64,000 bases of DNA from Calditrichaceae bacterium (GCA_050173015.1 JBFXLE010000013.1:1-64000), one strand, 5' to 3'. Positions 47,194-57,821 are shown, counted from the stretch's first letter. Notes: generated from the letters alone by a model not told the origin. Translations and numbers: made by a program.

Positions 47194-48801
47194 TTGCAGC
47201 CAATTTTTTACAATACAAACACCATCCATCAGGATTATCTCGAAGATACCGAAAAACTAAAAGCCTTCTTCAGGCAACCATTAAACCCCGACTGGAAAAG
47301 TATCTGCGGTGACGTTCTAAAATGTGATCGACACCGGATTTTTATCAATGAATTAATCCACCAGAATCAGATGGACGCGGGCGCGAAGATATCTGAAAAT
47401 ATAAATCTTCTTGAAAAAAATAACACGGTTATCATAATAACAGGGCAGCAGCTTGGATTATTTGTTTCGCCGCTTTATACAATTTACAAAACTATTACAA
47501 CAATCATGCTCGCGAACAAATTAAATGCCGAGAAAAACGGGTTTCATTTTGTACCTGTTTTCTGGCTGGAAACAGAAGATCATGATTTTCAGGAAGTAAA
47601 TCATTTCAATTTCTGGTCTGATGACGGCACTTTAGCCAAAATAAATTATGAAGACGATCAGGGTGACAAATATGTCTCGATGGGCAGCCGTGGTCTGAAT
47701 GATAAAATTATTCCAATCCTGAAACAACTGCGGGAAAATCTTCAGGAGACTGAATTTACAGCATCTCTGGCTGAAGCGCTGGAGAGAATTTATAAACCGG
47801 GAAGACCATGGCACGAGGCTTTTTCTGACCAGATGAAGATGCTTTTTGAAGAATACGGCCTGCTGTTGTTTAATCCGTCAACAGCATCCGTAAAGGAAAA
47901 AAGTGTTAAATTTTTTGAACAAATTATCAATAAAAATTCTGAACTCTTAGAGGAAATAGCGGAGCAGTCCGGGCGTCTCGAGCAAGCAGGTTATTTTCAG
48001 CAGGTTCATGTACAGGATAATAAAAGTTATTTGTTTTATAAAACAAAAGAAGGAAAGCGTGAAGCCATAATACGGGATGGTGATTTTTTCAGAATTTTTG
48101 ACCATGATGAAAAGCTCTCCGGAAACGAATTGATCAGACTGATACAATCAGATCCGGAATCAGTCTCTTCAACGGTTCTGACAAGGCCATTATGGCAAAG
48201 CTGGATGCTTCCCGTGGTTTCCTATGTTGCCGGACCCGCGGAAATCGCTTACTGGGGGCAAATCGCTCCGGCATTTGATGCGCTTGACCTCGTCATGCCC
48301 CATTTGCAAGCAAGGATTTCGGCCACACTGATTGAACCAAAAATTCAAAGATTGCTCAATAAGTATGAAATCGATCCAAATCTCCTGCCGGCTGATGCGG
48401 ATGAGTTTACGTCAGACTTTTTAAGAGCCTCGCAATTCAGGGATTTAGACGAGATTTTTACGAATCTGAAAAACACTTTTAACGAATACAGGCGAAAAAT
48501 TGCCGAGAAAACCGCCATTCTTGATCCTACGGCGGTATCTCCCGTTGAAAAAGCATTTGATTCGACAGAAGCCAATATGGATCGTCTGGCCGGGAGGCTG
48601 ATCAAAAAAGCCCGGGATCAGAATGAATTAATGGCCGGGCACTTTGAAACAATCTATAAAGCTATTTTTCCTGACAAACATCTGCAGGAAAGATTTATCG
48701 GCAGCATTTATTTTTTGAATAAATATGGCCCGGACTGGATTCAATCTTTGTTTGACAATTTAAAAATGGACAGCAATTCACATCAGATCATACAACTTTA
48801 A
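47194..48801 (+). CDS. bshC: Bacillithiol biosynthesis cysteine-adding enzyme
   Basis: ITGQQLGLF..PLYTIYK, PVFWL..EDHDF.E, YVAGPAEIAYW.Q, LQER. Confidence 0.92.
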   Translation: MQPIFYNTNTIHQDYLEDTEKLKAFFRQPLNPDWKSICGDVLKCDRHRIFINELIHQNQMDAGAKISENINLLEKNNTVIIITGQQLGLFVSPLYTIYKTITTIMLANKLNAEKNGFHFVPVFWLETEDHDFQEVNHFNFWSDDGTLAKINYEDDQGDKYVSMGSRGLNDKIIPILKQLRENLQETEFTASLAEALERIYKPGRPWHEAFSDQMKMLFEEYGLLLFNPSTASVKEKSVKFFEQIINKNSELLEEIAEQSGRLEQAGYFQQVHVQDNKSYLFYKTKEGKREAIIRDGDFFRIFDHDEKLSGNELIRLIQSDPESVSSTVLTRPLWQSWMLPVVSYVAGPAEIAYWGQIAPAFDALDLVMPHLQARISATLIEPKIQRLLNKYEIDPNLLPADADEFTSDFLRASQFRDLDEIFTNLKNTFNEYRRKIAEKTAILDPTAVSPVEKAFDSTEANMDRLAGRLIKKARDQNELMAGHFETIYKAIFPDKHLQERFIGSIYFLNKYGPDWIQSLFDNLKMDSNSHQIIQL

Positions 48802-48870
48802 ATCATCCCGTGAAAGATTGCCGCGCAGGCTTAGCTTCATAGTGTATTGTTACGAGGTCGATGGTTAATT

Positions 48871-49104
48871 ATGCCGGAAAAAAATAATGACCGGGAGTTC
48901 CCGGGGAAAAAACCGCTTTGGGAAGAGATAGCGCGTTTTACAAAGAAAAAATTTTTAATAGCCGGTTTACTTCTTCTATTAGGATTGGCCGGATTTGTTA
49001 TTCCGGTAATACCGGGGGTACTGTTGATTTTGTTCGCGGTGGCTTTGCTGAAACCCGGTTTGATGAAGAAAATACGTGAAAAATTAAAAAAATGGAATAT
49101 ATAA
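48871..49104 (+). CDS. Small membrane protein (PGPGW/DUF454-like)
   Basis: Hydrophobic hairpin GLAGFVIPVIPG flanked by basic residues. Confidence 0.55.
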   Translation: MPEKNNDREFPGKKPLWEEIARFTKKKFLIAGLLLLLGLAGFVIPVIPGVLLILFAVALLKPGLMKKIREKLKKWNI

Positions 49105-49108
49105 CCGC

Positions 49109-49549
49109 TTAACGCCTGACTCCGTCCAAATAAATGGTCACTTCAACGGGCTGAACGGAGCGCTTGCACCATCCTTCGGTTTCGGAGCAATGCACATAAG
49201 AAATTTCCCCTTTTACCACACATGAATCAGGCCGGGTCGCTCCGGTAAATTTGAAAAACAGCTGAAAAATTTCATCACCCGAAAAATAGGATTCGTCACT
49301 TTTTGTGTCATTCTCAACGCGGAAACCCGTATAAATCAGAGCGCAGGCGGTATCAATTAACGCGAAACCAATTTCGGGTTCTCTGTTGAGATGTTGATGC
49401 TCGCCGGTAATCATTTTTAAAGGAAGTATCATTTTATTGTTATTATCGACGATGATTTTGTCGGTATCCGTTTCGAAATGGAGATCTTCGGCAAAGATAA
49501 AGCCGGCTAAAATCAATATAATTGAGAGAGCGGTGAATATATACTTCAT
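49109..49549 (-). CDS. Exported hypothetical protein with C-terminal C-x6-C (DsbD-N-like)
   Basis: Signal peptide; YVHCSETEGWCK; last gene of the add operon. Confidence 0.55.
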   Translation of the reverse strand: MKYIFTALSIILILAGFIFAEDLHFETDTDKIIVDNNNKMILPLKMITGEHQHLNREPEIGFALIDTACALIYTGFRVENDTKSDESYFSGDEIFQLFFKFTGATRPDSCVVKGEISYVHCSETEGWCKRSVQPVEVTIYLDGVRR

Positions 49550-49558
49550 TATTAATTC

Positions 49559-50587
49559 CTAATATTTAGCTAAATCAGCGTTCACCATATTGAGCATCAA
49601 CGCTTTTTCACGCATGGGTAAAAACGCGCTTTTAAATCCGCCTACGATGATATCCTTCAAACCCTCCACATCAAGGTCGGCATATTTGGCGGCCAGATAA
49701 AGTTCATCTGTCATGGTCGTATTTGAAATCAACCGGTTATCGGTGTTGATCGTCACGCGAAGCCCGTAATCATAATAAAACTTTAAAGGATGGTTCTTAA
49801 ATGATGTTGCCGCTTTTGTCTGAATATTGCTCGTAAGGCATATTTCCATGGGAATTCGATGGTCGTTTACAAAATTAAGTAAATCGCCGTTTTCTTTTAA
49901 CCGGGTTCCGTGGCCGATTCTGTGAGCGCCGCAATAATGGATGGCCTGATGAATACTTTCCGGTCCATAGGCTTCCCCGGCATGGGCCGTGCAATTGATG
50001 TTGTTATTTAAAATCAGATAAAATGCCTCACGATGATGTTTCGCGGGAAAGTTTTCCTCGGCTCCGGCAAGATCAAATCCGACCACACCCTGATTTTTGT
50101 AAGCGACTGACAGTTCCGCCAGGAGGATAGATGTTTCCGGATTAATATTGCGCATACCGCAGATGATAACACCTGTTTTAATATGGTATTTTCTCTCAGC
50201 CTCTTTTAAACCATGAAGCACCGCGTCCACAACGTCCGGGAGATTCATGCCCTTATTCGTATGCAGAATGGGGGAATATCTAACCTCAAGATACCAGATA
50301 TTTTCCATTGCCGCGTCCTCGGCGAGTTCAAATGCCGCTCTTTTCAGCGCTTCAAATTCCTGCAGTACTGAAAGCGTGATATCAAAGGGGCGAAGGTATT
50401 CCACCAGGCTTTTGCATTGCAGGCCGGGGACCAGAAGACGGGTTAAATCTTCTTTATTATCCGCGGGCAATTTTACATTTTGAATTTTTGCGAGGTCCAA
50501 AATTGTGTCCACTCTCATACTTCCGTCCAAATGACAGTGCAGGTCTGTTTTTGGCATTTGGCGAATGAGTTTTTTATCTATTTCCAT
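49559..50587 (-). CDS. add: Adenosine deaminase
   Basis: DLHCHLDGS, GFDLAGAE, HAGE, RIGHG, EICLTSN, NTDN. Confidence 0.94.
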   Translation of the reverse strand: MEIDKKLIRQMPKTDLHCHLDGSMRVDTILDLAKIQNVKLPADNKEDLTRLLVPGLQCKSLVEYLRPFDITLSVLQEFEALKRAAFELAEDAAMENIWYLEVRYSPILHTNKGMNLPDVVDAVLHGLKEAERKYHIKTGVIICGMRNINPETSILLAELSVAYKNQGVVGFDLAGAEENFPAKHHREAFYLILNNNINCTAHAGEAYGPESIHQAIHYCGAHRIGHGTRLKENGDLLNFVNDHRIPMEICLTSNIQTKAATSFKNHPLKFYYDYGLRVTINTDNRLISNTTMTDELYLAAKYADLDVEGLKDIIVGGFKSAFLPMREKALMLNMVNADLAKY

Positions 50588-50596
50588 GAAAGCCTC

Positions 50597-51175
50597 TTAT
50601 TTGTAATAATTTGTATTTATAAATGGGGTCATCGCGGTGATCAGAGCAGATTCAAAAGCCCCTGTTCTGGTAATCAGGTTATTCGTTAATATACCGAATG
50701 CGCCTTCCCTGGACCGGACATCTTCCTGACCGCTAACCTCATCGATTATTTCTGATAGCTCTCTCTTCTTTTCATATAACTGCGCTTCAATGGAGACCGG
50801 TAGAGGAAGTCCCGGGGAGCAGCCAAAATATCCCTCAATACCGTTAAAAATATAGACCCAGCTTTGTAAAAAGACGTGATGTTTACTGTTTTGAGTAAAA
50901 TCTAACCGATATGTTCCGCCTTCCATCCCAATGGCGTAATCCACTGCTCGATCTTGTTTTTTTAATAAATCAAATACAACATGAGCTCTTTCTGACGCGC
51001 CATTTAATAAATGTTCCAGTGAAAGCGGCATATCGGGAACCGTGGTTTCAGCATTAAGTGGAATGAATTCTATTTTTGAATGGATGACTCCGGGAAATTT
51101 TCCACTTAATATTTTGAAAGCACTTTTACAGGCATTTACCTTAGCGTCATTTGTTGATCCGATTCCCACAATCAT
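50597..51175 (-). CDS. yjjX: Non-canonical purine NTP phosphatase (YjjX, ITP/XTP)
   Basis: GSTN.AKV, GA..RA, IGMEGG, ELS...D, GAFGILT, R. Confidence 0.82.
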   Translation of the reverse strand: MIVGIGSTNDAKVNACKSAFKILSGKFPGVIHSKIEFIPLNAETTVPDMPLSLEHLLNGASERAHVVFDLLKKQDRAVDYAIGMEGGTYRLDFTQNSKHHVFLQSWVYIFNGIEGYFGCSPGLPLPVSIEAQLYEKKRELSEIIDEVSGQEDVRSREGAFGILTNNLITRTGAFESALITAMTPFINTNYYK

Positions 51176-52095
51176 TATTGTACTGCTTGAGTTGTGTCGC
51201 TTTCTGACGGACTCATTTCCTCTTCCTGAATGTCATCTGTCTGCATATCTTCTTCAGGCTCAATTTCAGGGGAAACATCGGTTTTTGATGATTCTTCATC
51301 CGTCTTCCGCTCTTCCGGCACAATTTGCTTTAGATCGGATGACGTGGCTTTTTCCAATGGCACAACTTCATCACTCCCTGATGAAACCGGTTTCGCGCTG
51401 GTTTCAGAAGTGATGCCAAGCTGCTCTTTATAATTTTTTAATGATGTAGCGTCGGTCGGTAATTCCTTCGAATCTTCCGGATTTACAAGTTTTATCCGGG
51501 CGAGAATGCTATACATTGATTCAGGGAACAGAACGGGCACCTTTTTATATTCAATTACCGCGTCATCTGTCCTGCCTGTCTTAGCCTTTACGAGCGCCTT
51601 GCGGTATTGAGCTTCCGATTTGCTGAACTGATCGTCGCTGTCAGGATACTTTACCGCCTTTTCATAATATCGGATGGCCAGTTGGTAATCACTGGAATCG
51701 GATGTGACGATCCCGGGGTTAAACAAAGCGGCGCGTTCATAAAATCTGCCGATTTGCGTATAAATTCGGGGCACTCGGTCAGGGATGATATTTTCTTTTA
51801 AAAGCCGCAGAAGAAGATCCATTTGTTCTTCATATTTATCCATTGCTCCGTATGAATCCGCCATCCTTAACTGCGTTTCGATATGAAGATCGGAGGTTGG
51901 AAATTTTAACAAAAGAGATTCATAAGTATTTATTGCCTCGTTATACTTTCCGGCGTTGAATTGTTCATTCCCTGCCTGAAGTAATTCTTCAGCGGTAATT
52001 TGCTCCGATTCAATCCCCTTTTTTTTACCGAAGATGCATCCGGTCGCAAAGATCAGAGTAAGAGCAAGGATAGATGCCATTTTTAGGTATTTCAT
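51175..52095 (-). CDS. TPR lipoprotein (BamD/YbgF-like) with acidic disordered tail
   Basis: Lipobox ATGC, TPR helices (GKYNEAI..Y, FP.S), Glu/Asp/Ser-rich C-terminus; start after AGGAGA. Confidence 0.78.
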   Translation of the reverse strand: MKYLKMASILALTLIFATGCIFGKKKGIESEQITAEELLQAGNEQFNAGKYNEAINTYESLLLKFPTSDLHIETQLRMADSYGAMDKYEEQMDLLLRLLKENIIPDRVPRIYTQIGRFYERAALFNPGIVTSDSSDYQLAIRYYEKAVKYPDSDDQFSKSEAQYRKALVKAKTGRTDDAVIEYKKVPVLFPESMYSILARIKLVNPEDSKELPTDATSLKNYKEQLGITSETSAKPVSSGSDEVVPLEKATSSDLKQIVPEERKTDEESSKTDVSPEIEPEEDMQTDDIQEEEMSPSESDTTQAVQ

Positions 52096-52124
52096 GGTTT
52101 TATCTCCTGAAATAGATAATAATT

Positions 52125-53429
52125 TCATAATACCGCCGCATAGCTGTTAACTGAGTGAATAATCTCAAGTTCATTTAATGTCAGTAATTCTCTGTTTTTC
52201 ATCAGCCATTTGCCATCGGTCATCACATGTTTCACGTCTTCAGCTTTTGACGAATAAACCATTTTTGAATAGATATCTTCGTACGGAACGGAATGAACTT
52301 GATTTAAATCTATGAATGAAAGATCAGCTTTCTTTCCTTCTTCTATACTGCCAATGGTATTCTGCATGCCAAGAGTCTTCGCGCCGTTTATGGTAGCCAT
52401 TTTAAACACTTCAAAAGCCGGCATTGAAGCGGGGCCGTATTTGGGCTTTTGAATGAGAGCCGCGAGACGCATCTCGTTAAAGATGTCCAGGTTGTTATTG
52501 CAGGGCGCTCCGTCCGCGCCGAGAGAAACAGTTATCCCATCGGCAAGATAGTCCGGTATGGGAGCGATACCTGAAGCGAGTTTCAGATTCGCGGATGGAC
52601 AGTGAAGCACTTTTATATTTTTTTCCTTTAATAGAGCGCGCTCATCTTTATCGGTCCATATACAGTGAGCAAGACAGAGTTTTTCGTCGGCGACACCCAG
52701 TTTTTCAAACAGTTGGATGTTTGAAACTCCGAAACGTTCACGGACCAGGTTCACTTCATCGATGTTTTCTGACGCGTGTGTGTGGTAGAGAACGTCATAT
52801 TCCCGCGAAAGTCTGCCTGTTTCCGTTAAAAGGTCGTCCGAACAGGACAGCGCGAACCGCGGCGCGAAGGCATACTGCAAACGTCCGTCATCAAAGAGAT
52901 GCCATTTTTTTAATAATCTTAAACTTTCATCAATACTCCAGGCGGTCTCTTCCTTAAGTTTTTCCGGGAGATTGCCGTAATCCATCATCGCTTTACCGGC
53001 AAAAGCGCGCAATCCCGATTCCGCGAGCGCCCGGAATATCATATCCTGATGATTCACCGTACCCATATCAAGAATCGTAGTTGTACCGGATTTAATTAAT
53101 TCGGCGATACCAAGTCTGGCGCTCAATTCCAGGCTCTCAGGAGTGTGTCCGGCTTCAAAAGGCCAGATTTTTTTCTGCAGCCAGTCAAGCAGTCGCAAAT
53201 CATCCGCCATATTCCGGAACAATACCTGACATAAATGTATATGTGTTTGGATAAATCCCGGAACAACTGCCAGGTTTTCAGCATTGAACACTTCATGACA
53301 AGGCTCATCAATGTTCTTTGCAATGCGGATAATCCGGCGGTCTTCGACCAGAATGTCTCCGGTCAGAATTTCACTTTCAGGATTCATGGTAACGATCAGG
53401 GCATTTTTAATAAGAATTTTTTGAGACAT
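52125..53429 (-). CDS. Amidohydrolase, 5'-deoxyadenosine/MTA/SAH deaminase-like
   Basis: PGFIQTHIHL, HTHASEN, AHC, HCPSANLKLASG, LGADGAPCNN. Confidence 0.85.
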   Translation of the reverse strand: MSQKILIKNALIVTMNPESEILTGDILVEDRRIIRIAKNIDEPCHEVFNAENLAVVPGFIQTHIHLCQVLFRNMADDLRLLDWLQKKIWPFEAGHTPESLELSARLGIAELIKSGTTTILDMGTVNHQDMIFRALAESGLRAFAGKAMMDYGNLPEKLKEETAWSIDESLRLLKKWHLFDDGRLQYAFAPRFALSCSDDLLTETGRLSREYDVLYHTHASENIDEVNLVRERFGVSNIQLFEKLGVADEKLCLAHCIWTDKDERALLKEKNIKVLHCPSANLKLASGIAPIPDYLADGITVSLGADGAPCNNNLDIFNEMRLAALIQKPKYGPASMPAFEVFKMATINGAKTLGMQNTIGSIEEGKKADLSFIDLNQVHSVPYEDIYSKMVYSSKAEDVKHVMTDGKWLMKNRELLTLNELEIIHSVNSYAAVL

Positions 53430-53546
53430 TTTCTAAGCGTAACCCTATGTAAATAAAAAAATAATATAAACGATAGCCATATTTTTATCAAGTGAAAAAA
53501 GTGATCCGGGCTTTCCGGGAGGCATATCCATGAACCCGCTTTGTCC

Positions 53547-53575
53547 TTGACATATAAAGGTAGATTAATTAAATT
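53547..53575 (+). promoter_or_regulatory. Sigma-70 promoter of gap
   Basis: TTGACA-N17-TAAATT. Confidence 0.6.
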
Positions 53576-53635
53576 TAATATTTACGTAAACCTAATAAAT
53601 ACAAAATCTTTCCATAATTGAGAAGGAGAATAGAA

Positions 53636-54637
53636 ATGAGTGTACGTGTTGCTATAAATGGCTTTGGAAGAATTGGCAGGCTTGTGTTCAAGGCAAGTCA
53701 TAAAGACCCTGAAATTGAAATAGTCGCGATCAATGATCTGACTGACGCTAAAACACTGGCTCATCTATTGAAATATGATTCGGTACATGGGCGTTATCCG
53801 GAACCTGTAAAACATGACGGTGTTTATCTGATCGCCGGAAAACACAAAGTAAAAGTGCTTGCCGAAAAGGACCCGGCAAATCTGCCGTGGAAAGAACTGA
53901 ATATTGATATCGTGATTGAATCAACGGGTGTTTTCCGTTCACGCGCGAAGATTGAGAGTCATTTAAAGGCCGGAGCTAAAAAAGTAATACTCACCGTACC
54001 GGCAAAAGATGAAATTGATAATACCATCGTCATGGGTGTTAATGACAATACTTTAAAAGCTTCTGATAAAATTGTTTCAAACGCTTCCTGCACCACCAAC
54101 TGTCTTGGCCCTATCGCCAAGGTATTGCATGAAAACTTCGGCATCAAACGCGGATTAATGACAACGATTCATTCATATACAAACGACCAGAAAATATTAG
54201 ATTTGCCGCATAGTGATCTGCGACGCGCCAGAGCCGCGGGTGTAAGTATGATTCCGACAACCACGGGCGCCGCAAGGGCTGTCGGTAAAGTGATTCCGGA
54301 ACTAAACGGCAAACTGGACGGTATGGCGTTGCGTGTGCCTACAAGCGATGGTTCAATTGTTGATCTGGTTGCCGAATTGAATAAAAACGTAACGGTTGAA
54401 GAAGTCAATGCCGCGATGAAGAAAGCGTCAGAAGGTTCTTTGAAAGGTTACCTTGAATATTGTGAAGATCCGATTGTGTCGGTTGATATCATTGGCAACC
54501 CGCACTCAAGCATCTTTGACAGTCTTTCCACCAGTGTCATGGACGGTAATTTTGTAAAGGTACTGTCATGGTATGACAATGAATGGGGATATTCAAGCAG
54601 AACGGTTGACCTGATCAAAAGAATGGCCAGTCTGTAG
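53636..54637 (+). CDS. gap: Glyceraldehyde-3-phosphate dehydrogenase (type I)
   Basis: INGFGRIGR, SNASCTTNCL, WYDNEWGYS; start after AAGGAG. Confidence 0.98.
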   Translation: MSVRVAINGFGRIGRLVFKASHKDPEIEIVAINDLTDAKTLAHLLKYDSVHGRYPEPVKHDGVYLIAGKHKVKVLAEKDPANLPWKELNIDIVIESTGVFRSRAKIESHLKAGAKKVILTVPAKDEIDNTIVMGVNDNTLKASDKIVSNASCTTNCLGPIAKVLHENFGIKRGLMTTIHSYTNDQKILDLPHSDLRRARAAGVSMIPTTTGAARAVGKVIPELNGKLDGMALRVPTSDGSIVDLVAELNKNVTVEEVNAAMKKASEGSLKGYLEYCEDPIVSVDIIGNPHSSIFDSLSTSVMDGNFVKVLSWYDNEWGYSSRTVDLIKRMASL

Positions 54638-54655
54638 GATTTATGTGGATAAATG

Positions 54656-54685
54656 AGGCTGTCTGTTTCAGATGGCCTTTTTTTT
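54656..54685 (+). terminator. Internal terminator/attenuator between gap and pgk
   Basis: aggctgtctg-ttt-cagatggcct stem followed by T7. Confidence 0.65.
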
Positions 54686-54703
54686 GCATCGAAGGAGAAA
54701 ATC

Positions 54704-55900
54704 ATGGCAAAGCTCACAATTGATAAGATGAATTTTAAGGGTAAAAAGGTTCTGGTTCGTTGTGATTTTAATGTCCCTCTGGATAAGGATTTGAAAATAA
54801 CAGATGACCGGAGAATTGCAGCTTCTCTGCCCACAATAAAAAAAATCATCTCAGACGGCGGCAGCGCGGTTTTATGCAGCCACCTGGGACGTCCAAAAGG
54901 GGTCGCAAAGGACGAAATGCGATTAAAGCCTGTGGCGGAGCGCCTCGCGGAGCTGCTTGGACACGATGTAATCATGGCTCCGGATTGTATAGGTGACAGC
55001 GTTAAAATACTAAAAAGTAATCTGAAAAACGGTGATATACTTTTGCTGGAAAATTTACGATTTCACAAGGAAGAAACGGAGAATGATCCTGCATTTGCGG
55101 CTAAATTGGCCGAAGACTTAGATATATATGTAAACGACGCGTTTGGGACTGCTCACAGGGCGCACGCATCGACGGAAGGTGTGACAAAATATTTTGATCA
55201 ATCCGCGGCGGGATATCTTATCGAAAAAGAATTAAATTATCTCGGCGGAGCCATAGAGACTCCCATAAGACCTCTGGTGGCAATACTCGGAGGAGCAAAG
55301 ATATCCGGAAAAATCGATGTTATTAAAAACCTGTTTAATAAGGTTGACGCGTTGATCATCGGTGGTGGAATGATGTTTACATTCTATAAATCCCGGGGAC
55401 AGGAGATAGGAAAGTCATTGCTCGAGGAAGATAAACTTGATCTGGCCGGGGAGATTCTGGATGAAGCGCAAAAGAGGAATGTAAAACTGCTGCTGCCGAC
55501 CGATGTGGTTGTCGCCGATAAATTTGATAACGAAGCCGTCAGGAAAGTGGTACCGGCAAATTCAATACCGGAGAACTTCCTGGGCATGGATATCGGTCCT
55601 GAATCGCTAAAACTGTTTGCTTCCGTTATAGAAAGCGCGAAGACGATCATCTGGAACGGGCCGATGGGTGTTTTTGAGATGCCTAACTTTGCCGACGGTA
55701 CACGGAAAATTGCCAAAGCAATGGCGGACGCGACCGCTAAGGGCGCGATAACGATAGTCGGCGGAGGAGATTCCGCCGCGGCGGTAAGCCAATTCGGGAT
55801 GGATGAGCAGTTTTCACACATATCCACGGGCGGAGGGGCGTCGCTGGAATTTCTGGAAGGCAAAGAACTGCCGGGTATATCAGCGTTAACCGATATTTAA
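54704..55900 (+). CDS. pgk: Phosphoglycerate kinase
   Basis: [43 protein letters not shown]. Confidence 0.98.
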   Translation: MAKLTIDKMNFKGKKVLVRCDFNVPLDKDLKITDDRRIAASLPTIKKIISDGGSAVLCSHLGRPKGVAKDEMRLKPVAERLAELLGHDVIMAPDCIGDSVKILKSNLKNGDILLLENLRFHKEETENDPAFAAKLAEDLDIYVNDAFGTAHRAHASTEGVTKYFDQSAAGYLIEKELNYLGGAIETPIRPLVAILGGAKISGKIDVIKNLFNKVDALIIGGGMMFTFYKSRGQEIGKSLLEEDKLDLAGEILDEAQKRNVKLLLPTDVVVADKFDNEAVRKVVPANSIPENFLGMDIGPESLKLFASVIESAKTIIWNGPMGVFEMPNFADGTRKIAKAMADATAKGAITIVGGGDSAAAVSQFGMDEQFSHISTGGGASLEFLEGKELPGISALTDI

Positions 55901-55919
55901 AGTGGGAGAAGAGGATAAG

Positions 55920-56684
55920 ATGAAAAGAAACAAAGTCATTGCCGGAAACTGGAAAATGTATAAGACCAATTCGGAAGCGATCCAGTTGGCGAATCAAATC
56001 CGTATTAAAACCACAGACATAAAAAGGACACAAATGATCCTGTGCCCGCCTTTTACAGCTTTGTCGGTTGTTTCGGAGGTAATTAAAGAGAGTCCGATCG
56101 CTCTCGGCGCGCAAAATATGTACTGGGAAAAAGAAGGAGCGTTTACGGGTGAGATCAGCGCCGGTATGATTAAAAGCGCCGGGGCTAATTACGTTATTCT
56201 GGGACATTCGGAACGCCGGCAGTACTACGGGGAAACGGATGAAACGGTGAATAAGAAGGTTAAATATGCCCTTGATAACGGCTTAAAAACCATTGTTTGT
56301 GTAGGCGAATCCCTTGAACAACGTGAATCCAATATCACCAAAAAAGTAGTTCAAAAACAGATTCGCGGCGCGTTCGCCGATCTGACTGCGGAAGATCTGT
56401 CCCATATTATAGTCGCCTATGAACCGATCTGGGCGATAGGAACAGGAAAAACCGCCAGTCCGGAACAAGCTCAGGAAGTGCATTATGAAATCCGTATGCT
56501 GATCAGTGAAATGTATGGTGAACAGGCCGCTGGAAAATTAGTAATACAGTACGGAGGAAGTGTGAAGCCCGAAAACGCGGAGACGCTGTTGTCGCAGCCG
56601 GATATTGACGGCGCGCTGGTTGGCGGCGCTTGCCTCGTGGCGGAATCTTTCTCATCCATTATTCATACGGCAGAAAAATTGTAA
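55920..56684 (+). CDS. tpiA: Triosephosphate isomerase
   Basis: AGNWKM, GHSERR, AYEPIWAIGTG, YGGSV, DGALVGGA. Confidence 0.98.
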   Translation: MKRNKVIAGNWKMYKTNSEAIQLANQIRIKTTDIKRTQMILCPPFTALSVVSEVIKESPIALGAQNMYWEKEGAFTGEISAGMIKSAGANYVILGHSERRQYYGETDETVNKKVKYALDNGLKTIVCVGESLEQRESNITKKVVQKQIRGAFADLTAEDLSHIIVAYEPIWAIGTGKTASPEQAQEVHYEIRMLISEMYGEQAAGKLVIQYGGSVKPENAETLLSQPDIDGALVGGACLVAESFSSIIHTAEKL

Positions 56685-56701
56685 TATTATCATAAAAGCA
56701 C

Positions 56702-56730
56702 TTGATACTTTATGATATATTATTTAAATT
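56702..56730 (+). promoter_or_regulatory. Sigma-70 promoter of secG-tRNA-Leu
   Basis: TTGATA-N17-TAAATT. Confidence 0.55.
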
Positions 56731-56761
56731 AAAAGCTTTGATTTTAACCGGAGCGCGATAG

Positions 56762-57115
56762 ATGTATACATTTCTGATAATTTTGTTTGTCTTGCTGAGT
56801 TTTTCCATGGTCGTAGTAATTCTTTTACAGGCCGGAAAAGGTCAGGGTCTTGCCGGATCAATCGGTGGTGGAATGGGTGGCAGTTCAGTTTTTGGTGGTA
56901 GAGGCGCGGCTGATTTTCTTAGTAAATCTACTACATGGATAGCCGCGGCGTATATGATTCTGGCAATTTTGATAGGATTTCTTTATAAATCGGAAGCTGA
57001 GACCACTCAGAAGAGCCTGATTCAGCAACGTGTCGAGGAACAGCAGTCATTGCCGGCCTCGAATATTCCTGTTGCACCGCTCCCTGAGACCGAACAGCCT
57101 TCACCGAATAATTAG
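56762..57115 (+). CDS. secG: Preprotein translocase subunit SecG
   Basis: Two TM helices with LLQ.GKG.GL and FGG...FL.K.T; canonical tpiA-secG-tRNA-Leu synteny. Confidence 0.94.
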   Translation: MYTFLIILFVLLSFSMVVVILLQAGKGQGLAGSIGGGMGGSSVFGGRGAADFLSKSTTWIAAAYMILAILIGFLYKSEAETTQKSLIQQRVEEQQSLPASNIPVAPLPETEQPSPNN

Positions 57116-57123
57116 TTTTTGCT

Positions 57124-57209
57124 GCTGGAGTGGTGGAATTTGGTAGACACGCTATCTTGAGGGGGTAGTGGGTGAGATACCCGTGCGGGTTCAAGTCCCG
57201 CCTCCAGCA
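57124..57209 (+). tRNA. tRNA-Leu(GAG)
   Basis: Acceptor GCTGGAG/CTCCAGC, anticodon arm CTATC-TTGAGGG-GGTAG, long variable arm, GGTTCAAGTCC. Confidence 0.96.
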
Positions 57210-57251
57210 CAATTTAAATATTTAACGACTGCTTCTTAATCTCTTATTTTA

Positions 57252-57821
57252 ATGGCATTTTCTATGCTGGTTCAATTTTTTCAAAGAGTTGATACTTTAC
57301 TGTTTTACATCATAAACGTACATCTGGCCAATCCAATTTCAGACTGGATCATGCCGATTATCACCAATAAATATACCTGGCTTCCTGTATGGGCCATTCT
57401 TGTGGTTGGTTTAATCTGGAAGGGTGGAGTGAAGGGGAGATGGGCCGTTCTGATAGCGATTCTTGCCGTTGCTCTGGCGGATCAGATCGTAAATGAGTTA
57501 ATGAAGCCCTATTTTCAGCGCATCAGACCTTGTAATGTACTTGAAAATATAAACCTGCTCGGGAATAAGAAATCATCAAAATCCATGCCTTCCTCCCATG
57601 CCGCTAATTTCTTTGCTTTGGCAACTGTTTTTTCCTGGTTTTACAGGAAATATCAGTGGTATTTCTGGTTTTTTGCAACACTGGTGGCGTATTCCAGGGT
57701 TGCTGTCGGTGTTCATTATCCCTTCGATGTGATTGTCGGCGCGATTTGCGGAATATTGTTTGGATTGACCGTTGTATATCTTGCCAGGCGTTTCCCCACC
57801 TTTGTACGTCAGGTTCGATAA
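57252..57821 (+). CDS. PAP2-family membrane lipid phosphatase
   Basis: K-x6-RP, PSSH, SR-x5-H-x3-D motifs. Confidence 0.92.
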   Translation: MAFSMLVQFFQRVDTLLFYIINVHLANPISDWIMPIITNKYTWLPVWAILVVGLIWKGGVKGRWAVLIAILAVALADQIVNELMKPYFQRIRPCNVLENINLLGNKKSSKSMPSSHAANFFALATVFSWFYRKYQWYFWFFATLVAYSRVAVGVHYPFDVIVGAICGILFGLTVVYLARRFPTFVRQVR

